Positions 1 through 10,472 of a DNA stretch of 64,000 bases are shown piece by piece. The position numbers and the translations under genes are program-made. The notes beneath the pieces are model-generated. The model did no database searches. It was not told the origin of the DNA and was given only the letters and a program-made list of their open reading frames with translations. Each line of letters starts with the position of its first letter. Within the stretch, counting starts at the first letter, position 1. This stretch comes from an uncultured Actinomycetes bacterium (GTDB lineage Bacteria; Actinomycetota; UBA4738; HRBIN12): contig CAVPIB010000001.1 in NCBI GenBank assembly GCA_963704885.1, positions 480,001 through 544,000 on the forward strand, in the 5' to 3' direction.

Positions 1-1
1 C

Positions 2-577
2 GACTGGCGCCGTGGGTTCAAGTTCTCGACCTACGCCACATGGTGGATCCGCCAAGGCATCACCCGGGCGATCGCCGATCGTTCGCGGTCGATCCGCCTG
101 CCGGTCCACATCCACGACCGGCTCCGCAAGCTGAACCGCACGCGGTTCCAGTTCGCCCAGTCGATGGGCCGCGAGCCCAGCCGTGACGAGCTGGCGAAGG
201 CGCTCGACACCACCGTGGAGGAGATCGACGACCTGACCGAGATGGGACGTCGCGAGCCGCTGTCCCTGCAGTCGCCCGTTGGCGAGGACACGGAGCTCGG
301 CGACCTGATCGAGGAAGTCGACTCCGATGCCGCGTTCAACGAGGTCGAGGACGCCCTGCTCCGCGAGGAGATCGGCGATGCGGTAGATCGCGTGCTGGAC
401 GAGCGCGAGCGCCACGTCGTGGCCCTGCGCTACGGTCTGGAGAACGGCCAGCCTCTCTCGCTCCGCGAGACCGGCAAGGTGCTCGGCCTCTCCGGCGAGC
501 GTGTCCGTCTGATCGAGCGCGAGGCGCTACGCAAGCTGCGCGACTCCAACCTGATCACGGCGGTGGCGCTGGGCTGA
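2..577 (+). CDS. Sigma-70 family RNA polymerase sigma factor (RpoD/SigA-like), 5' truncated by window edge
   Basis: Frame from nt 2 reads [33 protein letters not shown] (regions 2.3-2.4); region 4 [27 protein letters not shown]. Confidence 0.95.
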   Translation, partial: DWRRGFKFSTYATWWIRQGITRAIADRSRSIRLPVHIHDRLRKLNRTRFQFAQSMGREPSRDELAKALDTTVEEIDDLTEMGRREPLSLQSPVGEDTELGDLIEEVDSDAAFNEVEDALLREEIGDAVDRVLDERERHVVALRYGLENGQPLSLRETGKVLGLSGERVRLIEREALRKLRDSNLITAVALG

Positions 578-600
578 CGCGGACCGTCAACCGAGGTACG

Positions 601-628
601 GAGGGCCGGCCCTAACGGGTCGGCCCTC
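601..628 (+). terminator. GC-rich hairpin, probable terminator after the sigma gene
   Basis: GAGGGCCGGCCC-TAAC-GGGTCGGCCCTC 12-bp stem just downstream of the stop. Confidence 0.65.
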
Positions 629-745
629 CCCGTTGGTCCCAGGACTCGTCGAGCCATCGGACATCTACGGTCACGCGATCGGCGGGACCATCGGCCGTTC
701 TTCCTCTCCGCTCTCGGCCTATCGTGGAGGAGGGAGGTGAGGATC

Positions 746-973
746 ATGACGACCTCCGAGGTTCACGGACACTCCGTATGTCCTGCCTGCGGGACGGATC
801 TCTTGGTTCCCGAGCGAGAGGACCTAGGCTTCGTCTGCAAAGGGTGTGGGGTTCACCTGGTGCGACGCGGGCGGCGGATCCACCTGGAGTGGGATCACCG
901 CGATCTGGCAAGTCCCGGACCACACGAGCGACCCCATCTCTATGTGGAAGAGCGGCCCGTCCAGGTGCGCTGA
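746..973 (+). CDS. Small zinc-ribbon protein
   Basis: RBS GGAGGTG before ATG; CPACG and CKGCG pairs; 75 aa. Confidence 0.65.
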   Translation: MTTSEVHGHSVCPACGTDLLVPEREDLGFVCKGCGVHLVRRGRRIHLEWDHRDLASPGPHERPHLYVEERPVQVR

Positions 974-977
974 GCCG

Positions 978-1646
978 ATGAGCGACACCGTCGTCGAGAT
1001 CGGCGCGCACCGGCTGGAGGGCGACTTTTCGGTGCCGGACGGGACGGCAGGTCTCGTGATCTTCGCCCACGGCAGCGGGAGTAGCCATCTGAGCGTCCGG
1101 AATCGAGCGGTCGCCTCGTCGCTCAACGAGTTGGGCCTCGCGACGTTGCTGTTCGATCTGCTTGAGCCTGAGGAGTCCGACGACCGAAGCCTGGTCTTCG
1201 ATATCCGTCTGCTCGCGGATCGCCTATTGGCAGCGACAACGTGGGCGCGGAGTCAAGGGGACATCGGTGGGCTGCCGCTCGGATACTTCGGCGCCAGCAC
1301 CGGTGCCGCCGCAGCGTTGATGGCGGCCGCTGAGGAGCCGGCGGCGGTAGGTGCCGTCGTCTCTCGGGGCGGTCGCCCCGATCTCGTCTCCGCCCGTGAG
1401 CTCTTGCGCGTACAAGCCCCGACGCTCCTGATCGTGGGAGGGCATGACCAGGTCGTGCTAGGCCTCAACCGCGAGGTCGAAGGGGTCATGCGTTGCGTCC
1501 GTCGCCTCGAGGTGGTGCCGGGTGCGACCCATCTGTTCGAGGAACCCGGGGCGCTCGATCGGGTCCTGCACCTCGCGAGGGCCTGGTTCCTCCGGTACCT
1601 GGTCGTGCAGGGGACCGACGGTCGGGAGCTAAGCGCGAGCGTCTAG
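978..1646 (+). CDS. Dienelactone hydrolase-like alpha/beta hydrolase
   Basis: VIFAHGSGSS, GYFGASTG, VSRGGRPD and GATHLFEEPG motifs. Confidence 0.9.
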   Translation: MSDTVVEIGAHRLEGDFSVPDGTAGLVIFAHGSGSSHLSVRNRAVASSLNELGLATLLFDLLEPEESDDRSLVFDIRLLADRLLAATTWARSQGDIGGLPLGYFGASTGAAAALMAAAEEPAAVGAVVSRGGRPDLVSARELLRVQAPTLLIVGGHDQVVLGLNREVEGVMRCVRRLEVVPGATHLFEEPGALDRVLHLARAWFLRYLVVQGTDGRELSASV

Positions 1647-1694
1647 CCGCCGCCTATGCGTGGCTCGCGGGAGCGAGCGGCGGCGATCGGTAGC

Positions 1695-2366
1695 TCACCC
1701 CGCGGCGGCCATCCGGCGGGCACGGACGACCTGGTCGGCGATCGCGCCGCGAACGCATTCGGAGAACGTCTCGATGTCGGTGACGAGCTCGGGATCTCCG
1801 TACGGGTCGATCGGCTCGCCGAACACGAACGCCAACCGGGGTCGCCACGGCCGCCCGAACCGGAGCCCGGACTTCGGCCAGCGGACCTGCGAGCCCCACA
1901 GTCCCACCGGGATGACGGGCGCTCCGGTGGGGAGCGCCAACCTCGCGACCCCCCGCCTCGCCCGCTGCAGGCCGGCTTCCGGATCGTCGTTCACTCGTCC
2001 CTCGGGCGCGATCGCCGCGATCGCGCCAGCCTCGACGGTCCGGATCGCCTCGTCGAGCGCATGGGCGTCGCCCTGACCACGCCGGATCGGGATCTGATCG
2101 AACGACCGCAACGCCCACCCGAAGAAGAACTTGCTGAACACCTCCGAGGCGACCAGGAACCGCGACTCGCGTCTCGTGCGCCGAGCGACCTCGATCGCCA
2201 GCGCGGGTCCATCGATCACGCTCACGTGGTTGAAGGCGAGGATCGCCGGGCCCGATGCCGGGATGTTCGAGATCCCCTCAACCCGAACGCGGAACGCGGC
2301 GCGCAGTAGGAGCATGCTGATCCACGAACCCACAGACCACCATGGCGTCAGCTCCGATGTGCGCAT
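1695..2366 (-). CDS. Lysophospholipid (1-acyl-sn-glycerol-3-phosphate) acyltransferase family
   Basis: NHVSVID (HX4D) and APEG motifs. Confidence 0.9.
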   Translation of the reverse strand: MRTSELTPWWSVGSWISMLLLRAAFRVRVEGISNIPASGPAILAFNHVSVIDGPALAIEVARRTRRESRFLVASEVFSKFFFGWALRSFDQIPIRRGQGDAHALDEAIRTVEAGAIAAIAPEGRVNDDPEAGLQRARRGVARLALPTGAPVIPVGLWGSQVRWPKSGLRFGRPWRPRLAFVFGEPIDPYGDPELVTDIETFSECVRGAIADQVVRARRMAAAG

Positions 2367-2390
2367 CGCGGCGGATGTTACCGGAGCGAC

Positions 2391-3494
2391 TCAGTCGAAC
2401 ACGACGACCGAACGGACGACCTCGCCGGCGAGCATCGCCCGGAAGGCTTCGTCGATTTCGGTGAGCGAGAGGCGCCGCGAGACCATGTCGTCCAGGTTCA
2501 GTCGGCCGTCCAGGTACCAGGCGGCCATCTGCGGGAAGTCCTCGCTCGGGATCGGGTCGCCGCCGTCGGTGATCAGCAGGCTGGTCTTGCGCGGATAGGC
2601 GGCCCGATCGGAGCCGTTCCACGGCAGGATGAGATCGCTCGGGATCGGAGGAACCCCTATCGCGACGGCGGTGCCCGCGTAGCCGAGCATCTCCACAGCC
2701 TGGCGGACGCACGCGGGAACACCCGTCGCCTCGAACGCGAAATCCACGCCCTCGCCGTTCGTGAGCGACCAGACGGCGTCAACGGGGTCGGACGCGGACG
2801 CATCCACGACGTCGGTAGCGCCGAAACGTCTTGCCCAGGCGAGCTTGTTCGCCGCGATGTCGACGGCGATCACCCGTTCCGCACCGGCGATCTTCGCTCC
2901 CTGCAGGGCGGCAAGGCCGATGCCGCCCAGGCCGATGACCGCCACGGTCGCGCCCGGCCAGACCTTGGCGGTTTGTACGGCTGCGCCCACACCGGTGGAC
3001 ACGCCGCACCCCAGCAAACACGCGCTCTCGAGCGGGATCCCGGCGGGCAGCGGGATCGCCTGTGCGGCGTGAACGACGGTGTGGGTGGCGAGCGTGCCGC
3101 ACGCGAGCACGCCGAACAGTTGGGCTCCGTCGCGTTCGCGATGGATCCGAGGTGGCTGCGTCCAGGCGTGCGAGCACCGTCGGGGGATGCCTCTCAGGCA
3201 CGGCCGACACGTCCCGCAGGGCACGGCCCACGACAGGACGACGGCGTCGCCGGGCGCTACGTTCTCAACGTCGGCTCCGACCTCCTCCACGATCCCCGCG
3301 CCTTCGTGCCCGAGCAGGAGCGGGAACGGCGACCCCCAGTTCCCGTTATCACGCGCCCACAGGTCGCTGTGGCAGACGCCGCTGGCCACGATCCGGACCA
3401 GGACCTCGCCCGCTTCGGGCGGATCGATCCGAAGCGGCTCGATGACCACCGTTCCGCCTGCCTCGTTCACGATCGCACCGATGGCTCCTTGCAT
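2391..3494 (-). CDS. Zinc-dependent alcohol dehydrogenase (class III / hydroxymethyl-mycothiol dehydrogenase-like)
   Basis: GVCHSD, GHEGAG, CGTCRPC...C and GLGGIG motifs. Confidence 0.92.
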   Translation of the reverse strand: MQGAIGAIVNEAGGTVVIEPLRIDPPEAGEVLVRIVASGVCHSDLWARDNGNWGSPFPLLLGHEGAGIVEEVGADVENVAPGDAVVLSWAVPCGTCRPCLRGIPRRCSHAWTQPPRIHRERDGAQLFGVLACGTLATHTVVHAAQAIPLPAGIPLESACLLGCGVSTGVGAAVQTAKVWPGATVAVIGLGGIGLAALQGAKIAGAERVIAVDIAANKLAWARRFGATDVVDASASDPVDAVWSLTNGEGVDFAFEATGVPACVRQAVEMLGYAGTAVAIGVPPIPSDLILPWNGSDRAAYPRKTSLLITDGGDPIPSEDFPQMAAWYLDGRLNLDDMVSRRLSLTEIDEAFRAMLAGEVVRSVVVFD

Positions 3495-3549
3495 GACACC
3501 CTCTCGTGGCCGGGTCGTGCGGTTGACGGGTCATGCTACCGTCCGCCCC

Positions 3550-4710
3550 GTGGACGCCAAGGGGCTCCGTCAGTTCGCGTCCGGTCGTTACGACGACTTC
3601 GTCGCTGTGCTCGAGCAGATGGTGAACGTGGACTGCGGCTCCTACTCACCCAACGGGGTGAACGTCATCGCCGACCTGTGCGAGGCGCGTTTCCGCGATC
3701 ACGGTTGGGAGGTCGAACGGCGGCCGCATGTGCCGATCGACGGGGAGCCGCAGCTCGGCGACCTGGTGATCGGCCGGCTGCGCGGAGCCAGCGGTCCAAA
3801 CGTCCTGCTCGTTGGTCATATGGACACGGTGTTCGACGACGGAACCGTGGCTGAGCGTCCCTTCTCCATCGAGGGTGACACGGCACACGGGCCGGGCGTC
3901 TCCGACATGAAGGGCGGCCTGCTCACAGGGTTCTTCGCGGTGGAGGCACTGCAGGAGGCGGGATTCGACAGGTTCGGGACGATCACCTACGTCTGCAACC
4001 CGGACGAGGAGATCGGCTCGCCGTTCTCCGGCCCGGTGATCAGGGAGCTCGCGCCGCAGCACGACGCGGCGTTCGTCCTGGAGGGAGCGCGTGCGAACGG
4101 CGACATCGTGTCGTCGCGAAAGGGCATCACGGACTATCGGATCGTGTTCCATGGACGTGCCGCCCACGCCGGCGTGGAGCCCGAGAAGGGCCGGAACGCG
4201 GTGTTGCAGGCGGCCCACGCGATCCTCGCGCTGCAGGCGCTGAACGGCCGCTGGCCGGGCGTGACCGTGAACGTCGGTGTCGTCCACGGTGGCACGCGAA
4301 CGAACGTCGTAGCCGAGCGTTGCGAGCTCCACGTCGACCTGCGCTCGCCAGAGCTCCGAACGCTCGAGGAGGCCGAGTCCGAGATCGAGCGTATCTGCGC
4401 GGAGCAGGCCATCCCTGACGTCACCGCCGAGATCCTGGGCAACGGCTGGCATCGCCCGATGGAGAAGGAGGAGGGCGCGGTCCGCCTGGTGCAGATCGCG
4501 AAGGATGTCGCTGCCGAGCTTGGGTTCGAGCTCCGGGACGCGGCCACCGGGGGGGCGTCAGACGCGAACACCACGTCGGCAGCGGGCACTCCGACGATCG
4601 ACGGACTCGGTCCGGTCGGCGGCGACGATCACGCGCCCGCGGAGTGGCTGGACCTCACCAGCGTGGTTCCCAGGGTGGCGCTACTGGCCGGGATCATCTC
4701 CCGGACCTGA
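3550..4710 (+). CDS. M20 family metallopeptidase (glutamate carboxypeptidase-like)
   Basis: GHMDTV, GPGVSDMKGG, DEEIGS, GGASDAN and DHAPAE motifs; GTG start inferred. Confidence 0.92.
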   Translation: MDAKGLRQFASGRYDDFVAVLEQMVNVDCGSYSPNGVNVIADLCEARFRDHGWEVERRPHVPIDGEPQLGDLVIGRLRGASGPNVLLVGHMDTVFDDGTVAERPFSIEGDTAHGPGVSDMKGGLLTGFFAVEALQEAGFDRFGTITYVCNPDEEIGSPFSGPVIRELAPQHDAAFVLEGARANGDIVSSRKGITDYRIVFHGRAAHAGVEPEKGRNAVLQAAHAILALQALNGRWPGVTVNVGVVHGGTRTNVVAERCELHVDLRSPELRTLEEAESEIERICAEQAIPDVTAEILGNGWHRPMEKEEGAVRLVQIAKDVAAELGFELRDAATGGASDANTTSAAGTPTIDGLGPVGGDDHAPAEWLDLTSVVPRVALLAGIISRT

Positions 4711-4746
4711 GGCACCAACTCGCTACGAGAGGACGAACGCCGCTCG

Positions 4747-6138
4747 TCAGCGACCCGCGATCAGATCGATCGTCGTTCGAGCCACCATCTCGTGACGCAT
4801 CCGAAGATCGGCGTACGCGACGACGTCCGAGTCGAACGGTCGCTCGTGCTCCTGGACGGGATCGAGTCGGTCTGGGTCGAGGTCCAGGCCGATCGCGCGT
4901 CCGGCGATGATCGCGGCACCCGCCGATGCGGCCGCTCCATGTCGCCGGGCGATCACCGGCCGGTTCGAGACGCCCGCGAGGATCCGGCGCCAAAGCGGTA
5001 GCGAGGCGCCACTTCCGGCGAGCGTCAGCTCCGCCGCGTCGGGCGCGGTTCGTTCCAGGCAGCGTGCAGCGTCGAACGCCAGGCCCTCGACGAGCGCCCG
5101 GGTCAGGTGGGCGGGCGTGTGCGCGTGCGAGAGGCCGGAGAAGGTGAGCCCGGCGCGAGGTTCCCACCAAGGGGCCCGCGCCCCGCCGAGCCACGCGAGA
5201 GCCAGGAGTCCGCCCGCCCCTGCGTCAACGTCGTCGGCCTCGGAGAGCAGTTCCTTCACGGGACGTCCAGTCAACCCCTCCAGCCAAGTGAGCGCGGAGC
5301 CAGCCGCTGCCAGATCCGACTCCATCACGTAGCCGCCTAAGGCACCCCGTGTGACGACCACGCCGGGAACCGGAGGCGGAACGTGCCCGACGGGCACGGC
5401 TACTCCTGCGGTGATCCCCCACGACACCATGGGCCTGGAGATGGTGGCAGCGACCCCCAGGACCTCGCACGCCCGGTCCCCACCGCCGGCGATCACGCGT
5501 GTCCCCGGCAAGATACCGAGCGCGACCGAGGGCTCCGGAAGGCTCTCGCCGACAACGGTCTTCGACGCGACGACCTCAGGCAGCAGATGCCCCCCTTCGA
5601 GGGCGGCGCCGTCGAGCGCGAGCAAGCCGGTGCGGGAGGCGACCGAGGCGTCGGTTACGGCGCGTCCGGTCAACCGGAAGGCGACCAGGTCGCGAGGCCC
5701 CAAGATCCATCGCTGGCCCTCCAGGCGCTCGGCGTCGTGGGACCACATCCAGGCGAGCTTGGCCGCAACGGTTCCCGCATCGGGCACGACCCCGGTGAGC
5801 ACCTGGAAGTCATCTCCAAGTGCGGCCGCCTCGTCGATTGCTCGCCGGTCCCACCAGACGATCGCCGGCCCGAGGGGCTCGCCCGCTGCCGTCACCGGCA
5901 CGAAGGTCTCGCGCTGGGTCGAGAACGCGATCGCCTCGACCTCCATCCGGTCTTTCCCAGGGAGCTGGGCGCAGGCCGCGACGGTCGATGTCCACCACGT
6001 CTCCGGATCTTGTTCCGCCCAGCCGGGTCGTGGTTGCACGACATCCACCGGCACGTGGGAGATCGCGACCAGGCCGTGCTCAGACCAAAGCGCCGCCTTC
6101 GTGGCGCTCGAGCCTAGATCGATGGTTAGGAGGTTCAT
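4747..6138 (-). CDS. FGGY family carbohydrate kinase (xylulokinase-like)
   Basis: IDLGSSATKA, WAEQDPETWW, WWDRRA and GGGDRA motifs. Confidence 0.9.
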   Translation of the reverse strand: MNLLTIDLGSSATKAALWSEHGLVAISHVPVDVVQPRPGWAEQDPETWWTSTVAACAQLPGKDRMEVEAIAFSTQRETFVPVTAAGEPLGPAIVWWDRRAIDEAAALGDDFQVLTGVVPDAGTVAAKLAWMWSHDAERLEGQRWILGPRDLVAFRLTGRAVTDASVASRTGLLALDGAALEGGHLLPEVVASKTVVGESLPEPSVALGILPGTRVIAGGGDRACEVLGVAATISRPMVSWGITAGVAVPVGHVPPPVPGVVVTRGALGGYVMESDLAAAGSALTWLEGLTGRPVKELLSEADDVDAGAGGLLALAWLGGARAPWWEPRAGLTFSGLSHAHTPAHLTRALVEGLAFDAARCLERTAPDAAELTLAGSGASLPLWRRILAGVSNRPVIARRHGAAASAGAAIIAGRAIGLDLDPDRLDPVQEHERPFDSDVVAYADLRMRHEMVARTTIDLIAGR

Positions 6139-6189
6139 GTTGCCCGAACACCCCCACCCGCGAGTTCCATGGGATCGGTCCAACCCATC

Positions 6190-7707
6190 CTAGGGCGAGC
6201 GGGTTGCCATCACGTGCAGGGGGCGCCCGAACACCTGATGGAATCGATCGGCGACCCCGCGTGGGCGCCAGCTGGAGGGGAGCGGCCCCTCGACGACGAA
6301 CGCCGATGGATGCCAGGTGCAAGATACGGTCGCCGGACGCGAAGAGGGGATGCGCCGTTTCAGCTCGTCGGCAAGGGCGAGCACGGTCGCGGCCCGTAGC
6401 ACGGCCGGCCGGTCGGCGTCGGCGATGAGTCGTCGATACGGACCGAGCCGGATGTCGTCGTCGGCCTGGCGGAGGATCGCCGACAAGATCCCGAGGGCTT
6501 CATGCGTGAAGCCGCCGAGGTCCGCGGCGGTGACGACCATCGCCGCATGTTCGAAGCGGTCGTAGTAGTCGATGGCCCTTCCGACGTCGAGAACCGTAGA
6601 CGCGTGCACCAGCATCTCCCGAACGGCATCTCGTGCCTCAGGGTCCAACGTCTCGTGCAGGCGCGTGGCGATCGTGGTGCGTCGCTCGGCCGCCGCCGCA
6701 TCCCATGTCGCGAACCGTGCCGAAAGCGTTGCGACAGAGATGGTCCGCACCCAGCGCGGAGATGGGACGGTCCAGTCGTCGCCACCCAACGCTAGCCCCT
6801 CGCGCACTCCGCGGCTCGACACCACGATGCCTTGAGCACCGAGGGCCCTCATCACCTCCAGCAGCACGAGCCCACCGCCCAAGACCGAGTCGGCGCGGTC
6901 GGGGTTCAGGCCGGGCGTCTGAGCCCGGCGCTTCATCGTTCGTCCTGCCAGCTCATCGATGAGCGTCTCCAGACGGTCGACGGGGAGCCGGTAGCCGTGC
7001 AACAGACGGAGGGGATGCTCGGATCGGTGCATATCGATCTTGGCCAGGTTGCGGACGGTGCCACCTATGCCAACCAGAACATCGCCTTCGCCGAGACGCC
7101 CGATCTCGGCCGGCAACGACTCGGCTACGAACCGGCGTAGGCGCTTGAGTTGCGACGTCGAAGGGGGGTTGCTGCTCAGGAATCGATCGCTCATCCGTAG
7201 CGACCCCATACCGAACACCCATGTCCGCTCCAGGCGTCGGTCTCGGAACCGGGAGATCTCCGCGCTGCCCCCACCCAGGTCGAGCGTCGCGCCATCGGTA
7301 ACCGCAAGGTCGTGCACTGCGCCGACGAAGCCGAGGCGCGCCTCCGCCTCCCCGTCGATGATCTCCAACGTCATGCCGATCGCCTTGGCTCGATCGAGCA
7401 GGGTTTGTCCGTCGATCGCGTCTCGGACCGCCGACGTGGCGATCGCCAGGATCCGGTCCGCTCCGGCGCCGTCGGCCACCGCCCGGAAGTCCCTCAGTGT
7501 CTCCATGGTCTTGTCGATCGCCTCGGCGCCCAACTCGTTCCCGTCGCGGAGGGCGCGCGCAAGCCGAAGTGGGGAACGAACATCTTCCAGCACGTCCAGG
7601 TGCTCGCCCTGGCTGAGCCGGAAGACGATCATCCGCGCGGAGTTGGAGCCGACGTCCAGGACCGCGAAGGGGCGATCGTCCGTCGATGTGGGGTCGTGCT
7701 CGGCCAC
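6190..7707 (-). CDS. ppx: Ppx/GppA family exopolyphosphatase
   Basis: LDVGSNSAR, ATSAVRDA, DLGGGSAE and GIGGTVRN motifs plus HD-like C-terminus; start uncertain (7707 or 7758). Confidence 0.9.
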   Translation of the reverse strand: MAEHDPTSTDDRPFAVLDVGSNSARMIVFRLSQGEHLDVLEDVRSPLRLARALRDGNELGAEAIDKTMETLRDFRAVADGAGADRILAIATSAVRDAIDGQTLLDRAKAIGMTLEIIDGEAEARLGFVGAVHDLAVTDGATLDLGGGSAEISRFRDRRLERTWVFGMGSLRMSDRFLSSNPPSTSQLKRLRRFVAESLPAEIGRLGEGDVLVGIGGTVRNLAKIDMHRSEHPLRLLHGYRLPVDRLETLIDELAGRTMKRRAQTPGLNPDRADSVLGGGLVLLEVMRALGAQGIVVSSRGVREGLALGGDDWTVPSPRWVRTISVATLSARFATWDAAAAERRTTIATRLHETLDPEARDAVREMLVHASTVLDVGRAIDYYDRFEHAAMVVTAADLGGFTHEALGILSAILRQADDDIRLGPYRRLIADADRPAVLRAATVLALADELKRRIPSSRPATVSCTWHPSAFVVEGPLPSSWRPRGVADRFHQVFGRPLHVMATRSP

Positions 7708-7933
7708 GTCGCGATGCTCGCACGGGGGGAGCGATCCGTGCGGTAGGCGACGGTTCACGGTTGGCGTGAGCGCTCCGGTCTCCCTCTTAGTCTCGGGACC
7801 ACTGCGCCTGCCGTCGCTCCTGCTGTACCGTCGCGCGATCAGACCTGGATCGGTCGGAACGCTCGCGCCCGATCAGATCGAGCCCACTCTAGGGCTGGAG
7901 GATGGGATGGGCCACTAGGCCAGGAGGGGAGAA

Positions 7934-9544
7934 GTGGGACGAAGGACGCCGTTGATGCGTGCCATGCGAGAGCTGGCCCAGGTGCACTCCTCGCTACCGG
8001 GCGAACGCCCGGTTTCGCTCGATGAGGCGATCGAGCTGTCCGGTCGACCCGTCACCCGACGCCAGCTCCTCAAGGGAGCCGGTGTCGCTGGGGCGGCCGC
8101 CGTGGTCGCGGGCCCTGCGCTCGCGGCTCTGGGACGTCCCGCCCGTCGTTCGCCTCACGAACCCCGCGTCGTGATCGTGGGCGCGGGGCTCGCCGGACTC
8201 TCGTGCGCGTTCAAGCTGCACATCAACGGCGTCGCTGCCGATCTCTACGAGTCGCGCGAACGTGTCGGCGGACGCTGCTGGACGTCCCGGGCGTTCGCCT
8301 ACGGCCAGGTTGCGGAGCACGGCGGCGAGTTCATCGACACGCGCCATGTCCAGCTCCGCCGTTTGGTATCCACGCTCGGCTTGAAGCTGGACGATCTGTG
8401 GGCCGCCTACGATGAGCTTGAGGAGACGACGGGCCTGTTGGTCCTTGACGGCGAGCGGCAGGACCGTAAGGAGGTCTTCGCGGACATCGATCTTGTGGTC
8501 CGCCGGCTGGCCCGAGACGCGAAGAGGATCGGGCCTTACCGATGGGGACAGGCCGGGCCCGAGGCGAAGGCTTTCGATCGCATGACGATGCGCGAGTGGA
8601 TGGACGCGAATGTCCCAGGCGGCAGCTCGTCGCTGCTGGGCCGCGCCCTCGACGTCGGTCTCACCGGGTTCTGGGGGATCGATCCCGAAGACACCTCCGC
8701 GATCACGTTGATCGATACCTACATCACGTCATACCCGGGAGGCCCGGCCGACGAGCGCTATCACGTCCACGGGGGCAACGATCAGGTGCCGACCCTGCTG
8801 GCGGACATGCTTCCGGCCGGATCTCTGCACCTGGAGGCTCCGCTCTTGGCGATGTGGGAACGGGTCGACGGTTCATACGCGCTCCGCTTCGGCGGCTCGG
8901 CCGAGACGGTCGTAGCGGATCAGGTCGTTCTATGTCTGCCGTTCACAGCCCTTCGCGACGCGGACCTCCAAGGAGCCGGGCTGGACGCCAAGCGCCTGAA
9001 GTCGATCCGCGAGCTGGGCATGGGAACGAACTCGAAGGTGCTGCTGCAGTTCCGCGAGCGGCTCCATTCGTTCCAGGACTGGAGCGGGACCTTCAACACC
9101 GATGCGCCGAAGACGGACGGCTGGGACAGCTCGATCGGCCAGAGCGGACGTGGCGGCTTGCTCACCATCTACTCGGGCGGCAAGACCGGGGCTGGATATC
9201 CGGTCGACGAGGCTCACGCGATCGCCCCCACCCAGGTGGTGGATCAGGCGCTCGGCTTCTTGGACGCGTGGCTCCCGGGGATCGGTGCGGCGTTCAACGG
9301 CCGGTCCTGGCTGGATTCGTGGATCGACGACCCATGGGTCAAGGGCTCATACGCCGCGTTCCTGCCGGGTCAATGGACCAGCCTGTTCGGCTATCTGGGC
9401 CGCTCCGGACGCAACGTTCACTTCGCAGGAGAGCACACGTCCACGTACAGCCAGGGCTATCTGAACGGTGGGGTGGAGACCGGCCTGCGGGCGGCGCGAG
9501 AGATCCTCCACGCGGCCGGCAGGAGCACGCTGACGATCGCCTAG
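7934..9544 (+). CDS. Flavin monoamine oxidase family protein with twin-arginine motif
   Basis: TRRQLLKGA plus hydrophobic stretch; GAGLAG, RVGGR, FAGEHTS..QGYLNGGVETG; RBS GGAGG. Confidence 0.9.
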   Translation: MGRRTPLMRAMRELAQVHSSLPGERPVSLDEAIELSGRPVTRRQLLKGAGVAGAAAVVAGPALAALGRPARRSPHEPRVVIVGAGLAGLSCAFKLHINGVAADLYESRERVGGRCWTSRAFAYGQVAEHGGEFIDTRHVQLRRLVSTLGLKLDDLWAAYDELEETTGLLVLDGERQDRKEVFADIDLVVRRLARDAKRIGPYRWGQAGPEAKAFDRMTMREWMDANVPGGSSSLLGRALDVGLTGFWGIDPEDTSAITLIDTYITSYPGGPADERYHVHGGNDQVPTLLADMLPAGSLHLEAPLLAMWERVDGSYALRFGGSAETVVADQVVLCLPFTALRDADLQGAGLDAKRLKSIRELGMGTNSKVLLQFRERLHSFQDWSGTFNTDAPKTDGWDSSIGQSGRGGLLTIYSGGKTGAGYPVDEAHAIAPTQVVDQALGFLDAWLPGIGAAFNGRSWLDSWIDDPWVKGSYAAFLPGQWTSLFGYLGRSGRNVHFAGEHTSTYSQGYLNGGVETGLRAAREILHAAGRSTLTIA

Positions 9545-9548
9545 CGCG

Positions 9549-9845
9549 TCAGGCCGGAGGGAGCTCGGGCATGGCAGGCTGAGCGACGCCATCCTGTGCT
9601 CGCTCCCAGTCGCGTATCAGCTCCGCGAGCTTCACGACTATGACCGCTCCTCCACCGACCTCGATCATCTTCCCCAGAGGCGAACGCCGGAGCCACGGCA
9701 GCCGCATGACGATCGGCACGGACAGGATCAGGCCGGTGGCCAAGCGTTGTCGCAGCCGCCGTCCAGCGGGCGAATCGAGGAATGCGAGCAGCTCCTCCAC
9801 CGTCGAGTCGACTCGATCGGCGATCTCTTGTAACTGTTCGTTCAT
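9549..9845 (-). CDS. Hypothetical small protein
   Basis: ~98-aa ORF directly downstream of the epimerase gene, protein-like composition with a hydrophobic segment. Confidence 0.65.
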   Translation of the reverse strand: MNEQLQEIADRVDSTVEELLAFLDSPAGRRLRQRLATGLILSVPIVMRLPWLRRSPLGKMIEVGGGAVIVVKLAELIRDWERAQDGVAQPAMPELPPA

Positions 9846-9854
9846 CACTGCAGC

Positions 9855-10442
9855 CTACCCATCGTCCTCGATCACGAGTATCGATCCGGGAGGCGCGTCA
9901 AGCGCGGGCACAGTCAGGCGGGCCGCCTCGTCAACATGGATCTTTGGCGGAGCCGGCTCCTCGTGTTCGAAGTACGTTCTCGGCCCGTAGAACCGGCCGT
10001 AGCGAACAACGACTCCGCCGACCTCGAGCACGGCTCGTTCGTGTTCACGAACCGCCGCGCCGGCGTCGCCGTCGAGCTCCCATGCGACGCTCTGCGCGAC
10101 GATCTTGGACGCCCCGCAGGCCCGAGCAGCGGCGAGTAGGTTGTGCGTCCCTTCACGACGGATCCGCGCGTTAGCGGCTTCGAACTTCGGGATCGAAGCG
10201 ACATCGTCGGGCAGATCGGTCAGCTGATGGACGATCGCGTCCGGCGCGAAGGCCACGACCGCTTCTCGGAGCGCATCGGCATCGAACACATCGCAGACCA
10301 CGGGTTCGGCGCCGATCGTCGCGAGTCCGTCGGCCTTGTCCTGCGAGCGCGTCATGCCGGCCACGACGTGGCCCGCATCGACCAGGAGCGGCACCAGACG
10401 CACGCCGATCACCCCGCTTGCGCCGGCAAGGAAGATCGGCAT
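9855..10442 (-). CDS. NAD(P)-dependent epimerase/dehydratase family protein
   Basis: IFLAGASGVIG Rossmann motif, IVHQLTDL, RYGRFYGP; RBS AAGGAG. Confidence 0.9.
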   Translation of the reverse strand: MPIFLAGASGVIGVRLVPLLVDAGHVVAGMTRSQDKADGLATIGAEPVVCDVFDADALREAVVAFAPDAIVHQLTDLPDDVASIPKFEAANARIRREGTHNLLAAARACGASKIVAQSVAWELDGDAGAAVREHERAVLEVGGVVVRYGRFYGPRTYFEHEEPAPPKIHVDEAARLTVPALDAPPGSILVIEDDG

Positions 10443-10472
10443 GGCTATCGCTCCTTAGATGTCGAAAGCTAT

